Part shown: positions 1 to 14,108 of the stretch, one piece after another
Position numbering within the stretch: the stretch's first letter is position 1
How the letters are laid out: the number at the start of each line of letters is the position of its first letter
DNA from: Mycobacterium sp.
Lineage (GTDB): Bacteria > Actinomycetota > Actinomycetes > Mycobacteriales > Mycobacteriaceae
Direction of reading: 5' to 3'
NCBI RefSeq assembly: GCF_002863225.1
Contig: NZ_PKEK01000010.1
Span: forward strand, 188-64,187
DNA length: 64,000 nt
Made by a program: the position numbers and the translations under genes
Notes under the pieces: generated by a model
Databases searched by the model: none
What the model was told of the DNA's origin: nothing
The model's input: the letters and a program-made list of their open reading frames with translations, nothing else

Positions 1-2231
<2,231 letters not shown>

Positions 2232-2502
2232 TCAGTTTTGGCTTTAAACCAGGCTAAAAAGCCTCAGTTTGGCTGAGGCACTGCTAGCCGGGCTCCTCTG
2301 CGATGACCACTGGGTCAAACCCTGATCACTGCAGCCGGCGTCGTGAGAGGCAATCGAAAGACCCTGAGAAAATCCCGTTAAACAGGCCGAAAGGTCCTCC
2401 GGTAAGCAGCCGCGGTGGCGACTGTGGCGGGCACCTCGGGACGCGGCTAGAGCGGTGCCGTTGCAACCACGCATTGCCCCTCCCGGCTTGCAGGTAGATT
2501 CT

Positions 2503-2519
2503 TCTCAGGTTTTGCTAAG
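2503..2519 (+). promoter_or_regulatory. MprA-box-like tandem hexamer (degenerate)
   Basis: TCTCAG-gtttt-GCTAAG. Confidence 0.4.
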
Positions 2520-2707
2520 GTACGACTTTGTGGGCAATCCCACAATCGAAATGCTCCAAATTCTCGGAGGAATTTTTCTACAGGTCGCTGAACAGGGATT
2601 TTGAGCGCGCAACCCTCTATCCCGCGGGTCGGAGCGGGCGGCAAACCACTCCCCTGGACCCATCGACGAGCTCCCACTCAAGCCGGGGCAACTCGACCTG
2701 ACCACTT

Positions 2708-2724
2708 TCTCAGCTTAAACTCAG
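2708..2724 (+). promoter_or_regulatory. MprA-box-like tandem hexamer
   Basis: TCTCAG-cttaa-ACTCAG, one mismatch from the TCTCAG-N5-TCTCAG MprA consensus. Confidence 0.55.
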
Positions 2725-3021
2725 GTTTGAAGTTTCTGTGCGCTCTGCTGGTGCGGCCCAGGAATCGGCCTTTCCTCGATCGGCCAGTGGAACGGCGTCC
2801 TGACGTCCGAACGCTGAACGACGACGGCGCAGCGGCCCGGACTCGTCGTGAGTCCATGTCGACGCCTTGCATCCCAGCCACGATTCGACTCACACTTCAC
2901 GTACTCCGCCGACTACAGCCTTGGGCCGAATCTTGTTCGCCCACGCAATTATCCGAGGGACGAGTCTTGCAGTTTTCCGATCCGCGACGGGTTCCGCAGT
3001 TCCCGCCTACGATTTGGCACT

Positions 3022-5673
3022 GTGCCCGAGCCGGTGATCGCGCGTCCCGCGATCTGCCTGAACATGATTGTCCGGAACGAGGCGCACATCGTCCATGAGG
3101 TTCTCGACTCGGTGGCGCCGTACATCACTTCGTGGGTGATCGTCGACACCGGCTCAGACGACGGAACCCAGGACGCGATTCGCAGCCACATGTCACGGCT
3201 CGGCATCCGCGGTGAGCTACACGAACGCCCGTGGCGCAACTTCGGACACAACCGCACCGAAGCGTTGGTTCTCGCCCAGGGTCACGGCGACTACATCTGG
3301 GTGATCGACGCCGACGACATAGTAATAGGCACACCGGATTTCGCTGATCTGAGCGCCGACATCTACAGCATGCGCATCGGACGAGCCGAGTTCACTTACT
3401 GGCGGCCGCAGCTGTTTCGCGACGGGGCGCGGGTGCGCTACGAGGGTGTGGTGCACGAGGGTATCGCCGGAGAACCGGGCCAAGTGCAAGCGCTGCTGCC
3501 CGGCGAGTACTACATCGAATCGCGCCGGCTCGGCTCCCGCAGCCAGGACGCTCGCAAGTATGCCCGCGATCGCGACCTCTTGCTCGCCGAGGTCGAACGT
3601 AACCCCGAAGACACTCGATCGGTGTTCTATCTGGCCCAAAGTTATTACGATTTGGGAGATTTCGTCAACGCGCGCAAATGGTACGCGCGGCGGGCCGAAA
3701 TGGACGGCTGGGACCAAGAGATCTACTACTCCAAGTGGCGGGTCGCGGAGTCGATGGCGCAACTAGTAGAACCGTGGCCCGACGTACAGGACGCGTACTT
3801 GAGGGCCTGGGAGTACCGGCCGACCCGAGCTGAACCGCTGCATCTCCTGGCTCGCCGGTATCGCCTCGAGAGACGTTTCGAGCTCGGTTACCTTTTCGCC
3901 CAGCGGGCCACTCAAATCCCGCTGCCTGGTGAAGACAACCTCTTCGTCAGCGCGGACGTCTACACCTGGCGTGCGGCCGATGAACAAGCGATCTGCGCGA
4001 GCTGGATTGGCAAGCACGCCGAGGCATTCGACCTGTGCCGACAACTCGTGGCCCGCCCCGGTGTCCCCGACGACGACCGGCGCCGGGTCGCCGGCAATCG
4101 CGACTTCAGTGTCCCGAGCCTGGTCGAATCTGCATTGGCATACCCGGAGGCGGTGGTGCGGCGCCTCATCCCCAACTCCGACAACGCTGACGCGGTGGTG
4201 AGCTTGCTAGCCGGGCCCGATCAGGGCACCACCGAACAGACGCTGAATACATTTCTGCATTGCTGTCTCGACGCATGGCGGATCAAACGCGTCCTGATCC
4301 TCGATGCCGGGTTGACCGCTCAAGATCGCGCGACGCTGCAGTCCCGTTACCCGCTAGTCGATTTCATTCCGGACGTGCCCGGAGACAGTCCTGACGCCCA
4401 ACTCGCACGACTGCGCAACAGTGTCGACGGACGTCTGTGGCTACACCTGGGTTTCGGCTGGCAGTTCTTTGCGGCCGAGAACTACATCACCCGGCTGGCT
4501 GCCGTCCTCGACGCCGAAACACGAGTATTCCAAGCAGGAATCAACTTCACCGATGCGGCCCAGCTGACCGGCACCTGCGCCGAGGAAGCAACCGTACGCC
4601 GCACTCCCGAAGCCGGCCGCTACGTATTGACCGACTCCGCTGCTGTCGGTCCGGCGATGTTCGATACGACGCGAATGGACTCCCGCGGCGTCGCGAACCA
4701 ACACTCGATGACGGCCACACTCGACGAAGTACTCTGCATCCACTCGGGCGCCGCGCCACCGCAGCCGACGGTGAATCAACCCGACGTGGCCGGACGTCTC
4801 ACCGTCCGCTCGTCGACGCGATTCGCCGTCGCTGTCGTCTCTCCCCCCGACTACCAGCACAGCGAGGTATTCCGCGAAATCGCCGAGGGCTTCCACTATG
4901 CACTTTCAACACTCGGCTACGACTCGGTCCTGACGAACCGCCTCGACATGGACGACCGTCGCACCATCGTTCTCGGCCCCAACCTCCTCGCTACCTTCGA
5001 CATCGCACCCCCTCAAAACCCCATCCTGTTCAATCTCGAGCAGGTCTATTTCGAGTCGGCCGAGTCGGTCTGGATGACGCCCAAGCTGCTCGACCTGTTC
5101 CGGCGCTTCCCGGTTTGGGACTACAGTCAGAGCAACATCGACCGCCTGACGGCGCTTGACGTTCCGGATATCACGCACGTCCCAATCGGGTATGTCCCGG
5201 AACTGACTCGAATCAGCCCAGGCCACGAGGACATCGACGTACTGTTCTATGGATCGAACAGTGACCCGCGCCGGCGCGCAGTACTTGACGGCTTGCGTAG
5301 TCGAGGCCTGGACGTTAAAGAACTGTTCGGCGTCTACGGCGCTGAGCGTGACGCGTGGATCGCCCGCTCCAAAGTCGTCATCAACATCCATCTGAGCTAC
5401 TACAAGGCACAGGTCTTCGAAATCGCGCGCGTGTCTTACCTTCTGGCCAACAGACGTGTCGTGGTGTCGGAGCGCGGCTCAGATTCTGCCGAGACACGTG
5501 ACCTCGAGGCCGGCATAGCCTTCGCCGAGTACGACGAACTCGTTGACCGATGCGTGCAACTCTGCGGTGACGAGTCCGCCCGCCGCGAGCTCGGCGAACG
5601 TGGCTACAAAGCCTTCTCGGCTCGTAGCCAAGTAGACATCTTCCGTCGCGTTCTGGCGTCAGATCGCACATAG
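3022..5673 (+). CDS. Multi-domain glycosyltransferase: GT2 (GT-A), TPR, a second GT-A-like segment and a C-terminal GT-B (Glyco_trans_1_2/CgeB-like) domain
   Basis: CLNMIVRNE, IVDTGSDDGT, NFGHNR and IDADD (DXD) GT2 motifs; TPR-like FYLAQSYYDLG/ARKWYARR; C-terminal DIDVLFYGS...IARSKVVINIH...RVSYLLAN...VVSE. Start probably GTG 3022 or 3034 rather than 2848. Confidence 0.85.
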   Translation: MPEPVIARPAICLNMIVRNEAHIVHEVLDSVAPYITSWVIVDTGSDDGTQDAIRSHMSRLGIRGELHERPWRNFGHNRTEALVLAQGHGDYIWVIDADDIVIGTPDFADLSADIYSMRIGRAEFTYWRPQLFRDGARVRYEGVVHEGIAGEPGQVQALLPGEYYIESRRLGSRSQDARKYARDRDLLLAEVERNPEDTRSVFYLAQSYYDLGDFVNARKWYARRAEMDGWDQEIYYSKWRVAESMAQLVEPWPDVQDAYLRAWEYRPTRAEPLHLLARRYRLERRFELGYLFAQRATQIPLPGEDNLFVSADVYTWRAADEQAICASWIGKHAEAFDLCRQLVARPGVPDDDRRRVAGNRDFSVPSLVESALAYPEAVVRRLIPNSDNADAVVSLLAGPDQGTTEQTLNTFLHCCLDAWRIKRVLILDAGLTAQDRATLQSRYPLVDFIPDVPGDSPDAQLARLRNSVDGRLWLHLGFGWQFFAAENYITRLAAVLDAETRVFQAGINFTDAAQLTGTCAEEATVRRTPEAGRYVLTDSAAVGPAMFDTTRMDSRGVANQHSMTATLDEVLCIHSGAAPPQPTVNQPDVAGRLTVRSSTRFAVAVVSPPDYQHSEVFREIAEGFHYALSTLGYDSVLTNRLDMDDRRTIVLGPNLLATFDIAPPQNPILFNLEQVYFESAESVWMTPKLLDLFRRFPVWDYSQSNIDRLTALDVPDITHVPIGYVPELTRISPGHEDIDVLFYGSNSDPRRRAVLDGLRSRGLDVKELFGVYGAERDAWIARSKVVINIHLSYYKAQVFEIARVSYLLANRRVVVSERGSDSAETRDLEAGIAFAEYDELVDRCVQLCGDESARRELGERGYKAFSARSQVDIFRRVLASDRT

Positions 5674-5781
5674 CGGCGCGGTCCCTTTTGCTGCTGTGCG
5701 CCAACGGATTGTGCCCCAAAGCGGAACCGCCAACGAGGCATCGAACGTGCCGGTAACTGTTACCGTTACCCGCGGAGCTCG

Positions 5782-6579
5782 ATGCGATTCGAATTCAGTC
5801 GCGCACGTGAGGGGGCCGGGAAGGTGCACGATTTCAATCAGGCGAGTGGCACATTCCAGATGCTTGGCGTGCCATACCTGGAATTTCTGACGGCTTTGCA
5901 CGCCAACCTCGCGCCGCGCACCTACTTGGAAGTCGGGACCGAGAACGGGACCTCGCTGGAAATCGTCAATTGTGACGCGATTGCGGTGGACCCGAGATTC
6001 CAGCTGCGCGCCGGGGCTACCGGCAACCGTCGACGTACATTTTTCTTTCAGATGCCGTCGGATGCTTTCTTCGCCTCAGAAGACATACCCGGTTTGCTTG
6101 GTGGCCCAGTCGATATGGCTTTCCTGGATGGCATGCACCGGTTCGAATTTCTGCTGCGCGATCTGATTGGCGCCGAAGCCGCCTGCCATTCTCGCTCACT
6201 GATACTGCTGCACGACTGCGTGCCGTTGAATCCGCGGATGGCGTTGCGGGTGTATCAGCAAGGCGAGGCCACCGAGGGCGAGACAGCGTTCTTCTGGACT
6301 GGCGACGTGTGGAAGCTGCTGCCGATTCTCAAGGAGTACCGACCAGACCTCAGGCTTCACATACTCGACTGTCCGCCGACGGGTTTGGTCGCAATAACGG
6401 GGCTCGACCCCAAATCGCGCGTGCTCGCGGATCATTACTACGAAATCGTCGACAAGCACGCGGCCCTACCCATGGACGAGATTCAGCTGAAGTCGTTCTG
6501 GGACGACCTCAGACTGACCGACTCGCGTCCGCTCTGCGAACAACCCGACCGACTGACCGAACTATTCAGCATCTTTTGA
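5782..6579 (+). CDS. Class I SAM-dependent methyltransferase (Methyltransf_24-like)
   Basis: YLEVGTENGTSL motif I, DMAFLDGMHRFE and LLHDCVP. True start may be 5824 or 5860. Confidence 0.8.
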   Translation: MRFEFSRAREGAGKVHDFNQASGTFQMLGVPYLEFLTALHANLAPRTYLEVGTENGTSLEIVNCDAIAVDPRFQLRAGATGNRRRTFFFQMPSDAFFASEDIPGLLGGPVDMAFLDGMHRFEFLLRDLIGAEAACHSRSLILLHDCVPLNPRMALRVYQQGEATEGETAFFWTGDVWKLLPILKEYRPDLRLHILDCPPTGLVAITGLDPKSRVLADHYYEIVDKHAALPMDEIQLKSFWDDLRLTDSRPLCEQPDRLTELFSIF

Positions 6580-7339
6580 TCGGTTTGTGGTCGACGCGCC
6601 AGTAGGTCCCGGTTCCATCAATGGGCAAGATCGGCGACGTAATCCCGTGACGATCGCGGAAATCGTGAACGGCTTTCGCACATGGCGGAAGGAAATAGTC
6701 GTCGACTATCACGAACCCACCGTAGGAAACCTTGCGGTAGAGGGCATCTAGCGCTTCTATCGTCGACTCATACATATCGCCGTCGAGCCTCAAGACAGCG
6801 AGCCGGTCGATAGCGGCGCCCGGCAGAGTGTCCTTGAACCATCCTTCGAGAAAGACAACCCTTTCGTCCAGAAGACCGAAGCGCCGGAAGTTGTCTTCGA
6901 CGTCATCGCGAGACACCTGCAGGCGGGTATGGGTGTGGTGCTGATCGCCGGTATCGGCGGGGAAACTTTCAGGGTCCGGTGGCGGCAGCCCCGCGAAGCT
7001 GTCCGCGACGAAGACGCGACGCGCGTCGTCGCCGTAGGCTTCCAAGATTCCCTTCATGAGAATGCAGGCGCCTCCCCGCCAGACTCCGGTCTCGATGAAG
7101 TCACCTTTGATGCCGTCCAGGAGCACCGTCTCGCACGCGTGGCGTAGGTTCCGCATACGGACGCTTCCGATCATGGAAAATGACAGTGACGGCCAATCCT
7201 TGCCCAAGAGTCGCTTGTTCGGGTCGAACTCACCGCCGGACCAGATGTCGCAGGGGGCATCCTCGAAAAGCATGCCGGTCAACGAGGCCTCGAGCAGATT
7301 GAGGTAGCGCTGGACCATTCGGCCGCGTCCGTCACTCAT
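6566..7339 (-). CDS. TylF/MycF/NovP family sugar O-methyltransferase (MtfB/Rmt3-like)
   Basis: SMIGSVRMRNL, DFIETGVWRGG, VFVADSFAGLP, LRLDGDMYEST and IVDDY motifs; start taken at ATG 7339. Confidence 0.9.
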   Translation of the reverse strand: MSDGRGRMVQRYLNLLEASLTGMLFEDAPCDIWSGGEFDPNKRLLGKDWPSLSFSMIGSVRMRNLRHACETVLLDGIKGDFIETGVWRGGACILMKGILEAYGDDARRVFVADSFAGLPPPDPESFPADTGDQHHTHTRLQVSRDDVEDNFRRFGLLDERVVFLEGWFKDTLPGAAIDRLAVLRLDGDMYESTIEALDALYRKVSYGGFVIVDDYFLPPCAKAVHDFRDRHGITSPILPIDGTGTYWRVDHKPIKRC

Positions 7340-7577
7340 CGTGGACCAGATTCCTAACTGAGCGTCGCTTCTCGGGACGAGATGTGGACTGAAGTTGTCG
7401 ACGCTCTGGCAAGAGTAGATGAATTGGTTTCGCGATATGTGCGATACGCCGTGAACGCGACGGCCCATCACAGCCCCCGCTCCAGGCACCGATTGAACTT
7501 TCTGGAACTCGGTCATCCGGTCGAGACCTGTGATAGAGCTTCTCCTGAAAAGGCATGCCTTCAAACAGCTGGTGGCT

Positions 7578-9751
7578 ATGGTGCAGACTTCGATCGTCAG
7601 CCCTCCTCGACATGCGCAGGGCGGGCGCCCCGCCCAACCCGGATTCCGTCCGGACATCGAGGGCCTACGTGCCGTAACGCTATTGGCGATCCTCGGTTTT
7701 CATGCCGAAGTGCCGGGCGCGGGCGGCGGGTTCGTCGGACCCGACATCTTCTTCATCATTTCGGGCTTCGTCATCACCGGGCAATTGTGGAAAGACATCG
7801 ACACCACAGGCTCCGTAGGACTGCGCCGGTTTTATGCGGGACGGGCTCGCCGTCTGCTTCCCGTCTCGGCACTCATAGGCACCATCACCATGATCGGTTC
7901 GGCAATCCTGTTGCCTCCGATGCAACTTCGCAACGTGATCGGCGACGGCATCGCCTGTGCTCTCTACGTCGGCAATTACCGATTCGCCTTCCAAGGGGTT
8001 GACTATTTTGCCGCCGACCGGGCTCCTTCGCCGTTTCAGCACTTCTGGACATTGGGCGTCGAAGAGCAGTTCTATCTGATTTGGCCGGTTCTGCTGGTGG
8101 GTACGGCCTGGCTCACCATGCGTGGGCGGCGAGGCGCCAAGCTGCCGGCAGCGCCGTCGAAGAGTCCGTACATCGTGTTGCTCATTCTGATCGGGGGCGC
8201 CTCCTTCGCCTACTCGCTGTGGGCCACCGATGTAATGCCATCCATGGCTTACTTTTCCCTCCCCTCGCGGGCCTGGGACTTGGCCGCCGGCTGCCTACTG
8301 GCGCTCACCGCCCACCACTGGCGCCGGCTTCCGAAAACACCCGCCATCGCTATCGGGTGGGCGGGCTTTGCACTAATACTGCTGGCATGTAACCGATTTC
8401 GACCGACCACGCCGTACCCTGGGACCGCAGCTCTCGTGCCATTGCTCGGCACGCTGCTGGTGCTTGGCGCAGGATGCGCGGCGCCATCCGACGGGTGTGG
8501 TCGCGTCCTGGCGTGGGGACCACTACGGGCGATAGGACGACTGTCCTACTCGTGGTACCTGTGGCACTGGCCGATACTCCTCTTCGTGCCGTTATTACTG
8601 GATCGCCCAGTTGGTTTGGCGGATCGGCTGGCCGCGGTCGCCATCTCCGGTGGACTGGCCGTGTTGACATTGCACGTCGTCGAAAACCCGTTGCGATACG
8701 CCGCTCGGCTGCGTCGTTCGGCGAAAGCCAGTCTCGCACTCGGTGCCGTCGCGACCGCCGCCGCCGCGTGTGTCGGCTTCGTGATGCTGATGCTCATCCC
8801 CGCGCCCGTCGGTCGGAGCGTGGCGGCGCAGGCCTTGGACGTCACCGCAGGAACACCGTTGGTGAACGCGACAGCCGACGAATACAACAAGGCGATCCAG
8901 CGGGCCTTTGCACAGGTGCAGACCGCCGTCGCGGAATCCGCGGACCTGCCAGACGTGCCTTCGAATCTCGACCCTTCCCTGGAGGGCGCGGCCGGCGAAC
9001 CGCAGCGCTTGTTCTTCGATGGTTGCCTGCGAAACTTCTTGGAAGTCGGAGTGCCCGAATGCGCGATGGCCGACACGTCGTCGTCGACGACCGTTGCCCT
9101 CATCGGCGATTCAAACGGGGCGATGTGGACGCCGGCATTGCAAGAGGTTGCCGCGCAGCGGCATTGGCGCCTGGAAATGATGGCCAAGGGTAATTGTCCG
9201 GTGATGGACTTGCCGACCATCATTTCGGGCCGCCCCTACACCGAATGTGAGCAATGGCGCAACGACGTCACCGCCCGGCTGCAGAAGGAACATCGCAGCT
9301 GATCGTGCTCAGCGTGTGGCGCCGATACGGTGCTCCGGATGTGCCCGCTCGATTCACGGCCTACGACACGGTCTGGATCGACCGACTTACCACCTTGGTG
9401 CGGCAGCTACGCGCCACCGGCGCAGGGGTTCTCGTACTCGGGCCGATCCCCGATCCGCAATCCCGTGTGCCCGAGTGCTTGTCCATACATCTCGATGATG
9501 CAACCGCGTGCTCACCGGAGAAATCGGTAGCGGTGAACCAAACCGGAATCGCGGCCGAGGCGGCTGCGGTCGACGTGGCAGGTGGTCAGTACACGGACAT
9601 CACCGATCTCTTCTGCGCTGCCGATCGCTGCCCGGTAATCGTCGGCAACACGATGGTCTACTTCGACCGGAATCACATCTCACTCGAATACTCGCAACTC
9701 ATGGCGCCCGCCATCGGACCTCTGGCGGACCGGGCAGTCTCCGCTCGCTGA
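7578..9751 (+). pseudogene. Acyltransferase-3 + SGNH O-acyltransferase split by a 1-bp frameshift near 9294 (ORFs 7530..9302 and 9254..9751)
   Basis: FRPDIEGLRA, GVD-like GPDIFFIISG, HFWTLGVEEQFY and LSYSWYLWHWP AT3 motifs, plus GDSN. The C-terminal SGNH part (QLIVLS...YFDRNHIS) continues in another frame. The sequence reads GAA CAT CG CAG CTG where E-H-P-Q-L is expected. Confidence 0.85.
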
Positions 9752-11143
<1,392 letters not shown>

Positions 11144-11209
11144 TTTCGCACAGACGCTCGCATCATCGGTCGTCGCCGTGTCGCCTCTCCGCACGTCACC
11201 GGTCGACAG

Positions 11210-11256
11210 CTGAGAAGAATCTGAGCTGTTTAGCAAACTCCTAAGCTAAACCTCAG
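11210..11256. promoter_or_regulatory. Two MprA-box-like hexamer pairs upstream of the 11303 gene
   Basis: 11210-11226 reads GCTCAG-N5-TCTCAG on the minus strand; 11240-11256 reads CCTAAG-N5-CCTCAG on the plus strand. Confidence 0.5.
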
Positions 11257-11302
11257 GTATGTTATGTCCGACTAGTCGGATGAAACGTCCAAGGAGATCG
11301 CT

Positions 11303-12952
11303 GTGACCCGTACTTCTCGTCCTGCCATCAGCGGCGGAATCGCCCTGGTCAGCGCCAGCCTGATCGCGATCACCCCCACCGCGGCGCCGCCGCACCACAT
11401 CCTTGATCTGCCGGTCCAGCTAACCACCATCGAGCACGGCGACTTGTTCTTCCCCGAGGTCGGATGGGACGAAATGGTCGCCAACACGACCGCCAACTGG
11501 AACGGCCTGATGGAGATGTACGGGCAGAGCACCAACCTGTTCTCGCTGCCTTCGGCCGTCTACTCCGAGGGTGTGCCGAAGGTCTTCAACGACCTCGTGA
11601 CGCAGCTGCAGGCGCTCGCCACCTACTCGGCCGCAGTGACCGCGCAGAACGGCGCACTGGACCCGAACACCCCGCTACCGCCGCTACCCGACTTCTTCTC
11701 AAACCCGGTGACCAACCCAGTGTCGGTGCTGACCCTCGTCCTGCAGAACGCGATCGCATCGAACTTCGCGTCGAACGCCGCCCAGGTCGGCTGGGAGGGC
11801 ATTCGCCAGAACATGCTTCCGTCGTTCAACGACATCGGCACCCAATTCAGCAGCATCTCCACCCAACTCCAGACGCTGTTCACGGACGGGACCTTCTCGG
11901 TCGACGCGTTCCAGACCGATCTGACCGACATCGGCAACGACCTGACGGCGATAGGCGGTTACTTGTCGCTGGCGCCTTCGACGATTCTGAACAGCTACCT
12001 CAACGGCTACCCGATCGTCTCGGCCAGCCCTGACGGCTTGAACGGGATCGTGCCGTCAGTCGGGGACGCCTACACACTGAACGCTCCGTTCAACGAAACG
12101 ACGAATGTCGCCATCACGCCGTATTTCGGCCTGCTCACCAATCCGTTTGCGGCGTTCACTGAGAATGTCGGCGGGTTCGGCGACGGCGCCTCGCCGAGCT
12201 TCCTGGGTACCGCTCCGATGATCACCGGCACTCTGGCGTCGCTGCTTCAGACTCAGCAGACATTGGCCCACGAACTGCTGACGGTGACGTCGACGATCCC
12301 GGGCAGCGGTGTCGACGCGCCGCCGGTCACGGACGCGCTGACCATCCTGGGTCCGGACAGCATCAACATCGACCTCGACCTACTGGGAATCCCCGTCGTC
12401 GGTGACGTGATCAGCGGGATCAACACCGCCATCGACTCGGTCAACTCCGCAGTGAGCGAACTCATCGGCTACCTCAACACTTTCGTGAGCGGCACGTTGG
12501 ACGCTGTCGTCAACCCCTTCATTGGAGCCGTCGACGGTGTCATCGACCTGATCAACGCGATTCCCGGAGTCGACATCGATGCGATCGGTGAGGTCAGCCT
12601 GACGATTCCGACGATCCCGGAAATTCCGAGCATCCCGACTGACATCGCGGGAACGATCGGGCTGCCGGATGTAACCGCACCAGGTGTGCCCGCGTACGTC
12701 TGGGATTTGGCCATGCACCAGATGGCCATTCTCGGCAGCATGGCCAGCATCGCCGCACCGGTCACCGGAACGGTGAGCAGCGACGGCATCGGCAACTTCC
12801 TTGCGCCGGACGCGATCATGAATCTCGGTTCCATTTTCAACGCCACCATGGAGAGCATCCTGGGCGACGGACCGTTGGCGATCACCGCGACTTTGCCGCT
12901 CGACTGGACGGACCTGATTGCCACCAGCCTGGCGAACTTGTTCACCGGCTGA
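11303..12952 (+). CDS. Secreted acidic mycobacterial envelope protein, GjpA-like family
   Basis: N-terminus RPAISGGIALVSASLIAITP followed by VQLT, W..M..NT.ANW, LNGY and GLL segments, as I recall for this family; family call from memory only. Confidence 0.55.
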   Translation: MTRTSRPAISGGIALVSASLIAITPTAAPPHHILDLPVQLTTIEHGDLFFPEVGWDEMVANTTANWNGLMEMYGQSTNLFSLPSAVYSEGVPKVFNDLVTQLQALATYSAAVTAQNGALDPNTPLPPLPDFFSNPVTNPVSVLTLVLQNAIASNFASNAAQVGWEGIRQNMLPSFNDIGTQFSSISTQLQTLFTDGTFSVDAFQTDLTDIGNDLTAIGGYLSLAPSTILNSYLNGYPIVSASPDGLNGIVPSVGDAYTLNAPFNETTNVAITPYFGLLTNPFAAFTENVGGFGDGASPSFLGTAPMITGTLASLLQTQQTLAHELLTVTSTIPGSGVDAPPVTDALTILGPDSINIDLDLLGIPVVGDVISGINTAIDSVNSAVSELIGYLNTFVSGTLDAVVNPFIGAVDGVIDLINAIPGVDIDAIGEVSLTIPTIPEIPSIPTDIAGTIGLPDVTAPGVPAYVWDLAMHQMAILGSMASIAAPVTGTVSSDGIGNFLAPDAIMNLGSIFNATMESILGDGPLAITATLPLDWTDLIATSLANLFTG

Positions 12953-12965
12953 CACCGGACGAGTC

Positions 12966-14108
12966 CTAGATCGCGCTGAGACAGTCGCGGGCGATCGCCA
13001 GCTCCTCGTTGGTCGGGATCACCAGCACGGCGACCGGCGAGGAATCGGCAGAAATTCGCCGAGCCCCGCTGGCATGCTGTGAGTTTCGCTGCTCATCGAG
13101 CTCGATACCAAGGCCTTCCAGCCCACGCAGAACGTCCAGGCGGACCGCGGCGTCGTTTTCTCCGACGCCGGCCGTGAAACTGATGGCATCGGCGCGACCC
13201 AGAACCGCCAGATACGCGCCGACGTATTTGCGCAGTCGGTGCACAAACACGTCATAAGCCAATTGCGCTGCGCTGTCGCCGTTCTCGATCATCGCCCGCA
13301 ACCGCCGAAAATCCCGCTCGCCGGCAAGGCCGAGCAACCCGGAACGGTTGTTGAGCATGGACCCGACGTCGTCGACGCTCATGCCCGCTTCGCGATGCAA
13401 GTAGCTGATGATGCCCGGATCGATGTCACCGCTGCGGGTTCCCATCACCAGACCTTCCAGCGGCGTCAGTCCCATCGACGTCTCCACCGGCCTCCCACCG
13501 GCGATCGCGGCTGCGGACGCGCCGTTACCCAGATGCAGCACAATCTGATTCAGCTCGTCCCAGGGTCGCTCCAGGAACGCGGCGGCCTGCTCGCCGACGT
13601 AGCGATGGGATGTGCCGTGGAACCCGTATCGCCGGATGTGCCACTTCTCTGCGACTTCGCGATCGATGGCGTAGGTCGCCGCGGCGCCAGGAAGGTTGTG
13701 GAAGAAGGCGGTATCGAACACCGCGACGTGCGGAACCTCCGGCAGCATCGCGCGGGCGACCTCGATGCCTTGCAAGGCGGGCGGATTGTGCAGCGGCGCA
13801 AGCATCGACAGCTGTTTCAGCTCGGCAATGACGTCGGCGTTGACGACGGTGGGCTGGTAGAACACCGGCCCGCCGTGCACCACCCGGTGCCCAACCGCGA
13901 CCAGCCCGCACGTTTTCAGATCGATACCACCGTCGGACAACGCGTCGAACGCCACCTGCAGTGCGGCGGCGTGATCCGTGGTCGGCGACGACGGCTCACC
14001 GATGCGCTCGACGGTGCCGTCGGCCAGTGATCTACCCGAATCGGGTTCGATCAGTTGATATTTCAGCGATGACGAGCCGGCGTTGAGTACGAGCACGGTA
14101 CTCGTCAT
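12966..14108 (-). CDS. ackA: Acetate kinase
   Basis: [35 protein letters not shown] and IPTNEE motifs. Confidence 0.97.
   Translation of the reverse strand: MTSTVLVLNAGSSSLKYQLIEPDSGRSLADGTVERIGEPSSPTTDHAAALQVAFDALSDGGIDLKTCGLVAVGHRVVHGGPVFYQPTVVNADVIAELKQLSMLAPLHNPPALQGIEVARAMLPEVPHVAVFDTAFFHNLPGAAATYAIDREVAEKWHIRRYGFHGTSHRYVGEQAAAFLERPWDELNQIVLHLGNGASAAAIAGGRPVETSMGLTPLEGLVMGTRSGDIDPGIISYLHREAGMSVDDVGSMLNNRSGLLGLAGERDFRRLRAMIENGDSAAQLAYDVFVHRLRKYVGAYLAVLGRADAISFTAGVGENDAAVRLDVLRGLEGLGIELDEQRNSQHASGARRISADSSPVAVLVIPTNEELAIARDCLSAI

Noticed and set aside
2848-3021. N-terminal extension of the glycosyltransferase ORF
   Set aside because: No GT similarity before VPEPVIARPAICLNM; probably upstream open-frame noise.
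9254-9302. Programmed ribosomal frameshift in the acyltransferase
   Set aside because: No slippery heptamer or homopolymer tract; a simple 1-bp deletion explains it.
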